Source: Mobula hypostoma (taxonomy: Eukaryota). Taken from it: a stretch of 64,000 bases of DNA. This document shows positions 13,389-25,255 of this stretch, piece by piece. Position 1 is the stretch's first letter; every line of letters begins with the position of its first letter. The stretch lies in the NCBI RefSeq assembly GCF_963921235.1, contig NC_086108.1:90460001-90524000 (forward strand). Direction: 5' to 3'. The position numbers were made by a program, and so were the translations under genes. The notes beneath the pieces are model-generated. The model did not search any database. It was not told the DNA's origin and saw nothing but the letters and a program-made list of their open reading frames with translations.

Positions 13389-13929
13389 GTTTTCGGTCGG
13401 GCGCCGGGCGTTCGGAGAGATTTGGCAGGGGGTGGGCGCCCGGCACTCAGCCGGGGCCCATGGTCGAGTGGTCGGCGACTTGGGCCGGCTCCCCCACCGG
13501 ACTTAGTCTGGTGAGGAGGGTGTGAGGACACCCAGCAGGACTGAAAAAAAACAAGACCTGACAAAAGGCGGATGAGTTCCTTGTGAGCCAACGGCCATCT
13601 TCCGTGGAAGAGATTAAAGCCTCACCACGTATTTACGAATCTTATGCTATGCACTTAGTTAGAAGAGAGATGATGAACTTGGGTGCTGCGCCGTGTGCCT
13701 GGACCTGCCCAAGGCCTCCACCTAAGGAAGGGCCGAGCTCGAAGAAGCGGCCGCGGCTGGAGGCCGACACGGCCTCGGGCTCGAGTTCGGCGGGGGCGGC
13801 GGCGGGCGGTGCCAAGGCAGCCAGCGAGAACAAACTGGAGGAGAGGCTGCACTCGGTGCTGTCGCAAGATCGAAGAAGATGGAGGTGCATAGTGGCCAAC
13901 CCTGGATTTGGGACGGCACCCACTGACTG
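13389..13929 (+). mobile_element. Chimeric CpG-rich retro-insertion (unknown GC-rich head + SINE-like segment + CYHR1 fragments + RTE-like tail)
   Basis: Interrupts the Rex 3' UTR (..attatcatg | tattgc..) with ATCATG duplicated at 13383-13388 and 13930-13935; ends QDRRRWRCIVANPG + (actg)n. Confidence 0.85.
13684..13862 (+). pseudogene. CYHR1: Captured fragments of CYHR1/ZFTRAF1 (cysteine and histidine-rich protein 1) N-terminal coding sequence, order permuted
   Basis: 13684-13719 = [12 protein letters not shown]; 13721-13861 = PKEGPSSKKRPRLEA..AAAGG..KLEERLHSVL; vertebrate CYHR1 as I recall it reads ..KKRLR..[29 protein letters not shown]. Confidence 0.88.
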
Positions 13930-14926
13930 ATCATGTATTGCGTTGTACTGCTGCCACAAAGTTAACAAATTTTGTAACATACTCTGGTGATATTAAACCT
14001 GATTTTGATGTTGATTTATTGAGTATGCCTGCAAGAAAATGAATCTCAGGACTGTATATGGTGACTGTATTTTGAACTTTGAACTTAATTTCTCCTTTCC
14101 TAAACAAAGGTCCAATGATAGCTGTGCATCCGTCATCTGGCACCAGGTAGTCACAGTTGAAAGAATAACATTAGCCCTTCCATCCCCTGTGACTCTAAGT
14201 AGGCTTTGATCTATTTTATTTCCAGTTAGTGATTTACACTATTTACAAAAAGCTTTATGTATGTTTATCTAAAATTCCCCTTCAACTAAAATATTGCATT
14301 GTCCCTTCCCCATCAATTATTAAGACCGATGCAAACCTTCCCTGTGTTTTGCCTTATCTACCCTATATGCTGTCCAAGACTTGGAAGCCTCCAGTGTTAA
14401 TGGACTTTTTATTGTGTGGGCTATTTTGCTTGCACCTTCACTATCCATACGGTGAGTATTTCACGCTGCACTGAGGCTGGTTTATTCAGTCCTCCTGCTG
14501 TGTGACTGTTCAATGAAAATGGCCTTTCTCTAATTGAGGATGCTTACTCTGGACCTGTCTTTGACTTTGCTGTCCAATGCTACAGTTAATTAAATTTGCT
14601 TCACTACCTTTCCCACTGTTATTCTTTACACCTATTCCCTAAGTTTTCATTCAATGTAATCATCTCTTCTTGGTCTTGCATAGATTCTTCTTGTTTTCCT
14701 TTTCTGAATTTTTGAGGCTTCACCAATACTGGCTTTTTGTGCTTAAAAGTGATTATCAAAGTAAGATTATAAACTTTCATTAAAAGATTTAAGTAAGCCT
14801 ACTGCCTCTTGCTCATTAATTAGTTACCTCTTTTATCACTTCACTCCTAAGTTAGTAAAGTGAACCGAGCTAGGTTTTAGACAGATTTTTGTCTCTTTAA
14901 CCACCCACTTAATCTGAACACAATTT

Positions 14927-17900
14927 CAGAGTCAGAGTCAGAGCCAGAATCAGGTTTATTATCACTGACATAACCGGTGAAATTTGTTATTTTGCAGAAG
15001 CAGTACAGTGTTGCAAATAAAGTATTCTGTAAATTATAATAAATACATTAAAAAATTAAACTAATGCAAAAACAGAACAAAAATAGTGAGATTGTGTTCA
15101 TGGGTTCATTGTTCAGAAATCTGATGGGAGAGGGGAAGAAGCTGTTCTTAGAATGTTGATGTGTGTCTTCAGGCTGCTGCAATTGTGCTCTGATGGTCAT
15201 ATTGAGAAGACCATAAACAATCATTAGACACAGGAGCAGAATTAAGCCATTCATCCCATCAAGTCTGCTCCACTATTTCATCATGGCTGACCCTAGATCC
15301 CACTCAATCCCCATACAACTGCCTTCTCGCCATATCCTTTGATGCCCTGACCAATCAGGAAACCATTAGCTTCAGCCATAAATATACACATGAACTTGGC
15401 CTCCACTGCAGTCTGTGACAAAGCGTTCCACAGATTCACTCTCTCTGGTTACAAAAGTTCCTCATTACCTCTGTTCTAAAAGGACATCGCTCAATTTTGA
15501 GGCTCTGCCCTCTAATTCTGGATACCCCCGCCATAGCAAACATCCCTTTCACATCCACCCTATCTAATCCTTTCAACATTTGGTAGGTTTCGATGTGACC
15601 CACCCCCACCCCCCTGCATTCTTCTAAATTCCAGTGAGTACAGGCCTAAAACTGCCAAATCCTCTTCATATGTTAATCCTTTCATTCCCAGAATCATCAT
15701 CGTGATCTTCCTCTGGACTCTCTCCAATGAAAACACATCTTTTCTGAGATATGGGGGTCAAAACTGTTGACAATACTCCAAATGCAGCCTGCCAGTGTCT
15801 TATAAAGGCTCAGCATTATCTCCTTGCTTTTATATTCTATTCCCCTTGAAACATTGCATTTGCATTCTTGACAACAGATTCAACCTGTAAATTAACCTCT
15901 GGGGGATTTGTATGAAGACTCCCAACTCCCACTGCACCTCTGATGTTTGAACATTCTCCTCATTTAGATGATAGTACACACTATTGTTCCTTTTACCAAA
16001 ATCCATTTATCATACATTTCCCTAAACTGCTCCATCTGCCTCTTTTTTGCCCAGTTTTTCAATGTTGCTAGGTCCTTTTGCTATCATATTGCTTCCTCAG
16101 CAATACTTACCCCTCTATCTAGCTTCGTATCATCTGAAAACTTTGCCACAAAGCCATGAATTTCACTATATAAATCATTGGCAAACAATGTGAAAAGTAA
16201 CAGCCCCGGTACTAATCCCAGAGGAACACTACCAGTTACTGGCAGCCCGCCAGAAAAGGTCCCTTTTATTCTCACTCGCTGCCTCCTGCCTGTCAGCCAT
16301 TCCTCTATCCACGCCAGTATCTTTTCTGTAACATCATAGGAATTTATCTTGTTAAGTATCCTCACGTGTGACACCTTATCATATGCCTTCTGAAAACCCA
16401 AGTAAATGGTATGAACTGTCTCTCCTTTGTCCACCCTGCTTGTTACTTCCTCAAAGGATCTAACAGATTTGTCAGGCAAGGTTTCCCTTTTCAAAAACCA
16501 TGCTGTCTTTGACTTGTTTTATCATTAGTCTTCAAATACCCTGAAACCTCATCCTTAAATAATAGACTCCAGCACTTTCCCAACCAATGAAGTTAGGTTG
16601 ACTGGCCTATAATTTCCTTTCTTTTGACTTCCTTTCTTCTTAAAGAGTGGTGTGACATTTGCAATCTTCTAGTCCTCTGTGACCATGCCAAAATCAAATG
16701 ATTCTTGAAAGATCATGACCATTATCTCTTCAGCAACCTTTCTTAGGACTCTAGGATGTAGTCCAACTGGTCCAGGTGCCTTATCCACTGTACAACCTTT
16801 GAGTCCGCCTGGAACTTGTTCCTTTGTAATAGCAATGGCACTCACTCCTGCTCCCTGACACTCACGGACCTCTGACACACTGGTGTCTTCCACGGTGAAG
16901 ACAATGCAAAGTTCATCTGCCATTTCTTTGTCCCCCATTACTACCTCACAGGCGTCGTTTTCCATTTTTCTCTTATAGCTTTTTTAGTTGCCTTTTGTTG
17001 AAGTTTAAAAGCTCCACAATCATCCAACTTCCTATTTTTTTTTTTGCTACATTATATGCCCTTTCTTTGGTTTTCATGTGGTCCTTAACTTCTCTTGTCA
17101 GCCACAGTTGCCTACCCCTGCCATTTGAGAATAACTTCTTCTGTGGGATGTATCTATCCCGTGCCTTATGAACTATTCCCTAAATTTCAGCCATTTCTGC
17201 TCTGCCATCATCCCCACCAGTATCTTCATCCAGTCCACCTAGGCAAGCTCCTCTCTCAGGCCTCTGTAGTTCATTTATTCCATTGCTATACCGATACATG
17301 TGACTTGTGCTTCTCCCTCTCAAACTGCAGTATGAATTCAATCATATTAAGATAACTGTCTCCTAAGGGTTCCTTTGCATTAAGCTCCCTACTAAGATCT
17401 GGATTATTACACAACACCTAATCTAAGATAGCTGTTCCCACAATGTCTTACCGACTAATCTCCAATTGTACCACAAGTTTATCCACCTTATTCCAAATGC
17501 TATGCACATTTAAATACAGCACCTCAGTTCTACATTCTTTGCCCTTTTCAATTTCATCTCCATGGTACAATTTAATTCTTTGCTCTGTCTGCATTTGCAC
17601 CCAATCATTTGGCTTGTCTGTCCTTATATTCATGGTACACTCATCATCTACTTGTAAACCTGCTGGCTCATCTCATCCTCAGCTCTATCATACTGGTTTC
17701 AATCCCCCTGCCATATTAGTTTAAACCACTCCTAATAGCTCTAGTAAACTTGTCCACAAGAATATTAGTCCCGCTTAGATTCAAGTGCAACCCGTCCCTT
17801 CTTTATGGGTCCCACCCACTCCGGAAGAGGTCCCAAATATCCGGAAATTTGAATCCCTGCCCTTTGCTCCAATTCTCCAGCCATGTGTTTATCTACCGCC

Positions 17901-18460
17901 TCATCTGTTCCTCGGGCATGTCATGCGTGGTAGGTTTCCTTAATGATGAAATCTCCTTCTTAAAGCATCAGCTTTTGAAGACATCCTCAATGTTTTGGGA
18001 GACTAGTGGCCATGATGGAGCTGGCTGAGTTTATAACTCTCTGCAGATTTTTTTTTTTCAAATCCTGTGCAGTAGCCCCTCCATACCAGAGAGTGATATG
18101 CAGTTAGAATGCTCTCCAATGTATATCTGTAGAAATTTGCTTGAGACTTTTGTGAGATACCCAATCTCCTCAAATTCCTAATGAAATACAGTCACTGAAG
18201 TGTCCTTTTCATAATTGCATCAATATGTTGGGCCCATGATAGATCTTCAGAGATATTGAGACCCAGGAGCTTTGAACTGCTCACCTGTTCACTGCTGACC
18301 CCTCGATGAGGACTGTTGTGTGTTTCCTCAACTTCCCCTTCCTGGAGTCCACAATCACAATCTTGGTCTTACTGACGTTGAATGCAAGGTTATTATTGCA
18401 ACACCACTCAACCAGCTGATCTATCTTACTCCTCGAAACCTCGTATGAGATCCTGCTGTC
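14927..18460 (-). mobile_element. Rex1/Babar LINE 3' part split by a CR1 (pieces 14927-15210 and ~17906-18460)
   Basis: (tcagag)n-aatcaggtttattatcactgac tail; gaggggaagaagctgttc (NSFFPS on minus); RT remnants LALNVSKTK on minus at ~18360-18400. Confidence 0.8.
15211..17905 (-). mobile_element. CR1 LINE with internal deletions
   Basis: Minus ORFs: VLYLNVHSIWNK (APE start), DKAPGP.GLHPRVL, FEEVTSRVDKGE, KFSDDTKL. Confidence 0.9.
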
Positions 18461-19082
18461 AACGTATTTATTAAGGGTTGAAAATTTTTCCTGATATCCA
18501 GATACTTAAATGGAAGCCATGTGGCTAGAAATGATTAAACTTTTTACATTAAGCTAAGTTAAAGGAAATTAAAAGTTTAGATGCCCTTCATGATGTTGAG
18601 GAGGTTTTGCAGTAAAGACTGAAAGGGGTTAATTTAGAGTGATTGATTGACCTGAAAAAATCAGAATTGTGATGTGCACTAAAGGATTTGTGAAATTTAA
18701 TGGTAATATTTTTCTAAGTGCACACGCCTCAGTAATGAAACTGAATAAACCCATTTCAAAGTTAATTTTGTTTATCTGCAAATGCACAATTAGATTGTGC
18801 ATATTGGAATTGCTGTTGTAATCAGGCACTCTTAAAAAAAAAAAGTAGCCAATATTGCAAACACTGACTTATAAGTTTGGCAAACTCACATAGCATACAG
18901 TTATTGGATACAGAGGTAGGCACACACATCGACACCAACCTTGTGACACACACAAGTGTATAAATGGCAACCACGTTACAATCTCTCATTCACACAGACA
19001 CACGCATCCAAAACACATGGTGCTCAGGTACACAATTCAGTTACATGCAGCTCTTCAAGGACATATCTTTATATTTATTATA

Positions 19083-19149
19083 CTGTGTGTGTGTATATAT
19101 ATGTGTGTGTGTGTTTTGTATGTGTGTGTATATATATAATATAAAATTA

Positions 19150-19195
<46 letters not shown>

Positions 19196-19225
19196 TAATA
19201 TTTGAACAATATACAGTATATTTGC

Positions 19226-19290
<65 letters not shown>
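19083..19290. repeat. Compound microsatellite (TG)n/(TA)n/(CA)n
   Basis: Directly visible. Confidence 0.98.
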
Positions 19291-19292
<2 letters not shown>

Positions 19293-19295
19293 TCA

Positions 19296-20455
19296 CAATA
19301 GCTTCCAGTTAATTTGGCCATCAGTTTATCAGGGCAGCTGCTTATTTGGGACAACTTTTAAAGAACAAAAACTAATCAAGAAAATAGCTGGGATTCCCTT
19401 TGTTCGTTTGGGGCACTATGCTGATTAATTGGGACAGGACACTACTGAACGGTTTTTAACTAGCAGCAGTCACACACGCTTGTCTGGCCATGAGACACAA
19501 CAGTGCACTTACAGCAAGTTTTTAAATTGCATCAGTTGCATGTCCTTGTGTTCAAAATGCAGTGATTTTTGTCACTGAGAGTAGGCCAGAGATAATCAGT
19601 AAGACAATTCAGAACTGCCTTTTTCTCATTGTGGTTTCAAGCATTCAGGCTTGGAGGTGCCAGAAACGGTCAGGAATGAAAATGAAACGATTTCATGACT
19701 TCAACTAGTTAGGAAATACAAAAAATTTGAAGATATCATAATCATCTTGAATGTTACAATGTAAATGAAGATTTGAACATTGCAGTTGTTGAAATCATTG
19801 TATGAAGGCAGTCCATTATCTGTACTCGGTGTCTGTACTGATTTTGTTCATTTGCAGTCAATCTACAGAACACAACAGTGTACACTGGATGAATTCCTCG
19901 ATCGATAACTATTAGGAACTAGTACAGTTTTGTAGTACTGTACTAGTATAGGTAGCGTAGTGTTACAATTTCTTCTGTATTTAATTTAAATGCATTATTT
20001 GTTTCTCAGTAACATGACAGTTTGTTTTTTATTTAATATCCTTTAAACTATTTCCATGAAATTTTGAGTAATTAAGGGAGCCGCTTGATTAATCCACATA
20101 GTGTTGGACGTGGCCAACTGGTTAAGGCATCGGTCTGAAGGTCGCTAGCTCGAGCCTCAGCTGAGGCAGTGTGTTATGTCCTTGAGCAAAGCACTTAACT
20201 ACACACTGCTCTGCGAGGACACCAGTGCCAAGCTGTATCGGCCCTAGTGCCCTTCCCTTGGACAACATCGGTGGCGTGGAGAGGGGAGACTTGCAGCATG
20301 GGCAACTACCGGTCTTCCGTACAACCTTGCCTAGGCCTGCACCCTGGAAACCTTCCAAGGCGCAAATCCATAGTCTCACGAGATTAACGGATGCCTATTA
20401 TAATTAGTCCACAATGTACTGGTCCTGATGAGTCTCAATTAACCAGCATCCACTG
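19296..20455. mobile_element. Tigger/pogo-like non-autonomous DNA transposon (contains SINE 20104-20402)
   Basis: Right end caattaaccagcatccactg-TA, degenerate left end; body is the reverse complement of 63183-63972. Confidence 0.8.
20104..20402 (+). mobile_element. tRNA-derived SINE (same family as 2487-2800)
   Basis: acgtggccaactggttaaggc head, gtccttgagcaaagcacttaac body, gatgcctattataa tail; imperfect TSD ttaatccaca / ttagtccaca. Confidence 0.9.
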
Positions 20456-21721
20456 TATATTTTATTTATTTATATATATAAATATTACCCCTTAATCCCT
20501 TTACCTTTACAAATCATGGCTTCCTTTTTCCAACACCCTACACAATTGTCAAGTACTAATTACTTGACAAAGAGTCTATAGAAGTGAAGCAAAGTGACGT
20601 CAACTTCATGGACCCTATACAGATTACAGAGGAGGAAATGCATGCTGTCTTGAGGCCAATCGGGGTGGATAAGGTGTTAGATATGAGCTAGATATGGTGT
20701 TCCCTTGGACCCTACAGGAGGCAAGTGCAGAAATTACTGGAGTCCTAGCAGGGATGTTGAAATCATCCTAATTGACAGGAGGGTACCAGGGTATTGGATG
20801 ATAGTCAATGTTATTCTGTTGTTTAATAAAGGATCTAAACCAGGAAATTACAGGCTAGTGTGCTTGATATCAGTAGTGGGAAAGTTATTGGTAGGTATTC
20901 TAAGGGACTGGATATAAAAGTATTTGGATAGACAAGGACTGATTAAGGATAGTCAGCATGACTTCATGCATGCTAGGTCATGTCTAACCAATCTTAGAAT
21001 TTTTCGAGGAGGTTACCAGGAAAGTGGATGAGGTCAAGATAGTTGATGTTGTCTATATGGACTTTAACATGGAATTTGACAAGGACCTGCACGGGAGGTT
21101 GGTCAAGAAGGTTAAGACTTGGCATTGACAATGAGATAGTTAAATGAATTATTCATGGTTTTGTGGAGAAGCCAGAGAGTGGTAGTAGATGCTTGCCTCT
21201 CTGACTGGAGGCCTGTGACTTGTGGAGTGCTGCAGGGATTAGTGTTGGGGCTATTGTTGTTTGCCATCTATAGCAATGATCTGGATGATAATGTGGTTAA
21301 CTGGATCAGCAAATTTGCAGATGACACCAAATTTGGGGGTGTAGTAGACAATGAGGAAGGCTATCAGAGTTTTTTCAGCAGGATCTGCATCAGCAGGGAA
21401 AGATTGGCTGAAAATGGCAGATGGAATTTAATGCTGACAAGTGCGAGGTGTTACATATTGGTCAGTCCAACTAGGGTAGGTTATACACAGGGATTGGTAG
21501 GGCACAGAGGAGTGTGGTAGAAGAAAGGAATCTGGGAATGCAGGTCCATAATTTGTAAAAATGTGGCATCACAGGAAGGTAGGGTTGTAAATAAAGCCTT
21601 TGGCATGCTGACCTTCATAAATAAATGTATTGAGGTACAGGAGATGGGATGTTGTGTTGTGGTGAAGCGTAATTTGGAATATTGTGTGCAGCTTTGGTGA
21701 CCTACCTACAAAAAAGATGTA

Positions 21722-23375
21722 CAGTGCCTTAAAAAAAAGTATTCACCTCCCTCCTCCCTTGGAAGTTTTCATTTTTTAAATTGTTTTACAATATTGAATT
21801 AGTGGTTTTAATTTGGCTTTTTTTGAGACTGATCAACAGAAAACAACACTTTCGTGTCAAAGTGAAACCCGATCTCTATAAAGAGATCTAAATTAATTAC
21901 GAATTTAAAATACAAAATAATTAGTTGCTTTAGTATTCACTCCCTTTAATATGACACAGATCATTACTGCTGCGGCCAGTTGGTGTTAGAAGTCACATAG
22001 TTAAATAGAGATCACCGTGTGCAGTCAATGTGTTTCAATTGATTGTAGTAAAAAAAATTCACCTGCATCTGGAAGGTCCAACTGCTGGTGAGTCAGTATC
22101 CTGGTAAAAACTACACCATGAAGACAAAAGAACACTCCAAGCAGCTCCACAAGAAGGTTTTTGGAAAGCACAAATCAGGAGATGGATTCTGGAAAATTTT
22201 CAAGTCACTGAATATCCCTTGGAGTACAGTTAAGTCAATCAAGAAGTGGAAAGAATATGGCACAGCTGTAAATCTGCCTAGAGCAGGCCATCCTCAAAAA
22301 CTGAGTGACTGTGCAAGAAGGGGACTAATGAGGGAAGACAGCAAGAGACCTATGACAACCCCAGAGGAGTTACAAACTTCAGTGGCTGATATGGGAAAGA
22401 CTGCACATACAATTGTTGCCTGGGTGCTTCACCAGTTGCAGCTTTATGGGAGAGAGGCGAAGAGAGAGCCACTGTTCAAAAAAAAACTCACATGAAATCT
22501 CGGCTAGAGTTTGCTAGAAGGCATGTTGGAGATCCTGAAGTTAGCTGGAAGAAAGTTCTATGGTCTGATGAAACCAAAATTGAGCCTTTTGACCAACAGA
22601 CTAAACACCTTGTTTGTCATAAGTCAAACACCGCACATCATCAAAAACACACCATCTCTACCGTGAAGCATGGTGGTGACTGCAACTTTGCTGTGGGGAT
22701 GCTTCACTGCAGCAGGCCTGGAAGGCTTGTGAGGGTAAAGAGAAAAATGAATTCAGCTAAATACAGGGAAATCCTGGAGGAACACCTGATGTCTACAAGA
22801 GAACTGTGACTTGGGAGAAGCCTTGTTTTCCAGTACGACAATGACCCCAAGCATAAAGCCAAAGCTACACGGGAGTGGCTTAAAAACAGCAAAGTTAATA
22901 TACTAGAATCTCCAAGTCAGACAGACCTCAATCCAATTGAGAATTTGTGGCTGGACTTGAAAAGGTCTGTTCACTCATGATCCCCTTGCAATCTGACAAA
23001 GCTTGAGCAGTTTTGTAAAGAAGAATGGAAAAAAAATTGCAGAGTCCGGATGTGCAAACCTGATAGAGACCTATCCACACAGACTCAAGGCTGCAATTGC
23101 TGTCAAATTTGCATCTACTAATACTGACTGAAGGGGGTGAACACATATGCAATCAATTATTTTGTGTTTTATATTTGTAATTAATTTAGGTCACTTTGCA
23201 GAGATCTGTTTTCACTTTGACACAAAAGAGTCATTTTCTGTTGATCTGTCTCAAAAAAAAAGCCAAATTTCATCCACTGTGATTCAATGTTGTAAAACAA
23301 TAAAAAATGAAAACATTCCAGGGTGGTGGGGGGGGGGGGAGGAGAGATGGTGGTGAATACTTTTTATAGGCACTG
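21722..23375 (+). mobile_element. Full-length Tc1-family DNA transposon, IR/DR type
   Basis: TA TSD 21720-21721 / 23376-23377; termini cagtgcct..aaaagtattcacc / ggtgaatacttttt.aggcactg; inverted repeats of roughly 220-250 bp; transposase remnants. Confidence 0.97.
22118..23127 (+). pseudogene. Tc1 DD(34)E transposase, frameshifted
   Basis: [68 protein letters not shown]. Confidence 0.95.
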
Positions 23376-25026
23376 TAAATAAGTTTGATAGAGTACAGAG
23401 AAAATTTACAAGGATGTTGCTGGGTCAGGAGAACCTGAGTTATAAGGAAATATTGAATAGATTAGGACTTTATTCCTTAGAATCTAGAAGATGGAGAGGA
23501 GATTTGATAGAAGTATACAAAATTATGAGAGTTCTACTGTTGATAGGATAAATGCAAGCAGATGTTTTTTCACTGAGGTTGAGTGAGACTACAACCAGAG
23601 GTCATGGGATAAGTGTGAAAGGTTTAAGGGGAGCATGAGAGGAAAACTTCTTCCATCAGAGGTCATGAGAGTGTAGTGCATGTGAGCTTAATTTCAATGT
23701 TTAAACAAAGTTTGTATTGGTATATGGATGGTAGGGATCAGTGTGGTTATGGTCCCAGTGCAGGTCTATTGGACTAGGCAGTTTAAATAGCTAAGCATAG
23801 ACTAGATGGGTCAAAGGGCCTGTTTCTCAGTTGTACTTTTCAATGACTCTATGACTCTAAGAGCATTGCTTGATGTTAGATTAAGTTTTGGATTGACAAA
23901 TGCTCAGATAATGCATACGTGAAACATTGAAGTGCAATCAATTAAAGGATAATAAATAATGTCCTTTGCATTATTTATTTTGAATCATTAGAATGCTATC
24001 CAGCTCAAAGGCAATAGTTCCTTTTTTCACTTTTTCCAAGTGCTATGAGCTGTAAGGAACTGCATATTTTTCAGACAGAATTATTGTCCTAAAATCCTTC
24101 CAGTAGCTTAAACTGAGTGAGATGCACCATTTCATCATTTTGCAATGTTTAATTGGTTTCCAGTCAGAGCTTTGATGTGTTATGGCTGGAGGCTCTGCTA
24201 TCTATTGATCTGAGGCATATTTTTCTTATCTTTTATGAAAAGCACCAAAAGTAAGTGTGAAACTCCCAGAAAAACTGTAAGAAAATGCAGTACAGTATCA
24301 TTCAGATACATGTTCACTCTCTTGTTTCTCCACAGAATGAATGGTAGCTTGTCGGGACAGATATTGCAAGGTGGGTGGCAGGTAAATTGGGTGAGCAGAG
24401 ATATATTCCCAATTGAAGAAAGTAACAACTTGACTATTATCAGAGGAAGCAAATTTTCATTTCAGTAGCAATAGGTTGACCCTACTTCTGACAATGGATG
24501 CAGCAAAAGGCAATGGGACCAGATAGTATTCTGGCCTTATTTCTGAATACTTAATTGCGGAGTCAAAGAGCCATACAACAACAAAGCAGGCCTGTGGCTC
24601 GCAGAGTTCTCGTGAACCATCAGCTATGGTGTGTGCCTCAAGCTAAGCTGTAATAGTATAGTGGCTCAGTTGGAATCCACTCAACAATGTGGTAAATTGT
24701 CCGTGTAAATCCTGTTCACGAAAAAAAAAGCTCTACAAGTTGAATCCAGCTAATTATTACTCATTCAGTGTATTCTCTGTCATCTGTAGACAGTTGAAAG
24801 ACGACATCAATGGTCCCATCAAGTGGCAGATACAGTATTGCTCACCATATTCTTTATCCAGACATGGACCATAAATTTGAGTCCCGTAAACGAAATGAGA
24901 GTGACTGTCCTTCCTATCAAGGCAACCTTTGAATGTATGAGTCATCAAGGAGCCATGGCAATGCTGAAGTCAATAGGAATTAAGAGGAAATCAGTCCTTC
25001 AGTCAAATCTCACACAAAGGACCTCT

Positions 25027-25255
25027 ACACAAGGAATTCTGCAGATGCTGGAAATTCAAGCAACACACATCAAAGTTGCTGGTGAACGCAGCAGGCCCTT
25101 CATCAGGACTAACTGAAGGAAGAGCTAGTAAAAGATTTGAATCATTTACTAGCTCTTTCTATCTCTTAAAGGGTCTCGGCCTGAAACGTCGACTGTACCT
25201 CTTCTTAGAGATGCTGCCTGGCCTGCTGCGTTCACCAGCAACTGTGATGTGTGTT
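25027..25255. mobile_element. Penelope-like terminal element with fold-back structure
   Basis: Inverted arms gttgctggtgaacgcagcaggcc / ggcctgctgcgttcaccagcaac; exact 13-bp direct flanks acaaaggacctct 25014-25026 / 25256-25268. Confidence 0.8.

Larger units (their letters stand above)
11701..14086 (+). mobile_element. Rex1/Babar composite: a 3' tail (11701-11800 + ~14013-14086) split by a second, internally deleted Rex1 copy (~11801-14012)
   Basis: LVAVYI.PQAN, TRGN..LDHCY, DASLPDKLNAFYA, KAAGP.GVPG-like motifs; tail actgctgccacaaagttaacaaattt..attaaacctgatt. Confidence 0.8.
20565..23860 (+). mobile_element. CR1 LINE split by a Tc1 insertion (pieces 20565-21721 and 23376-23860)
   Basis: KFADDTK at ~21310; CR1 text aaagatgTA|aataag..agagtacagag rejoins cleanly across the Tc1. 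Confidence 0.92.

Noticed and set aside
13389..13929. CpG island of a resident gene promoter or a true CYHR1 first exon
   Set aside because: Bounded by a TSD inside a Rex UTR, gene pieces are out of order, no splice donor after KAS, and no further CYHR1 exons seen
18956..19428. ORFs rich in CV/HT/YI repeats
   Set aside because: Translations of (TG)n/(TA)n/(CA)n microsatellites
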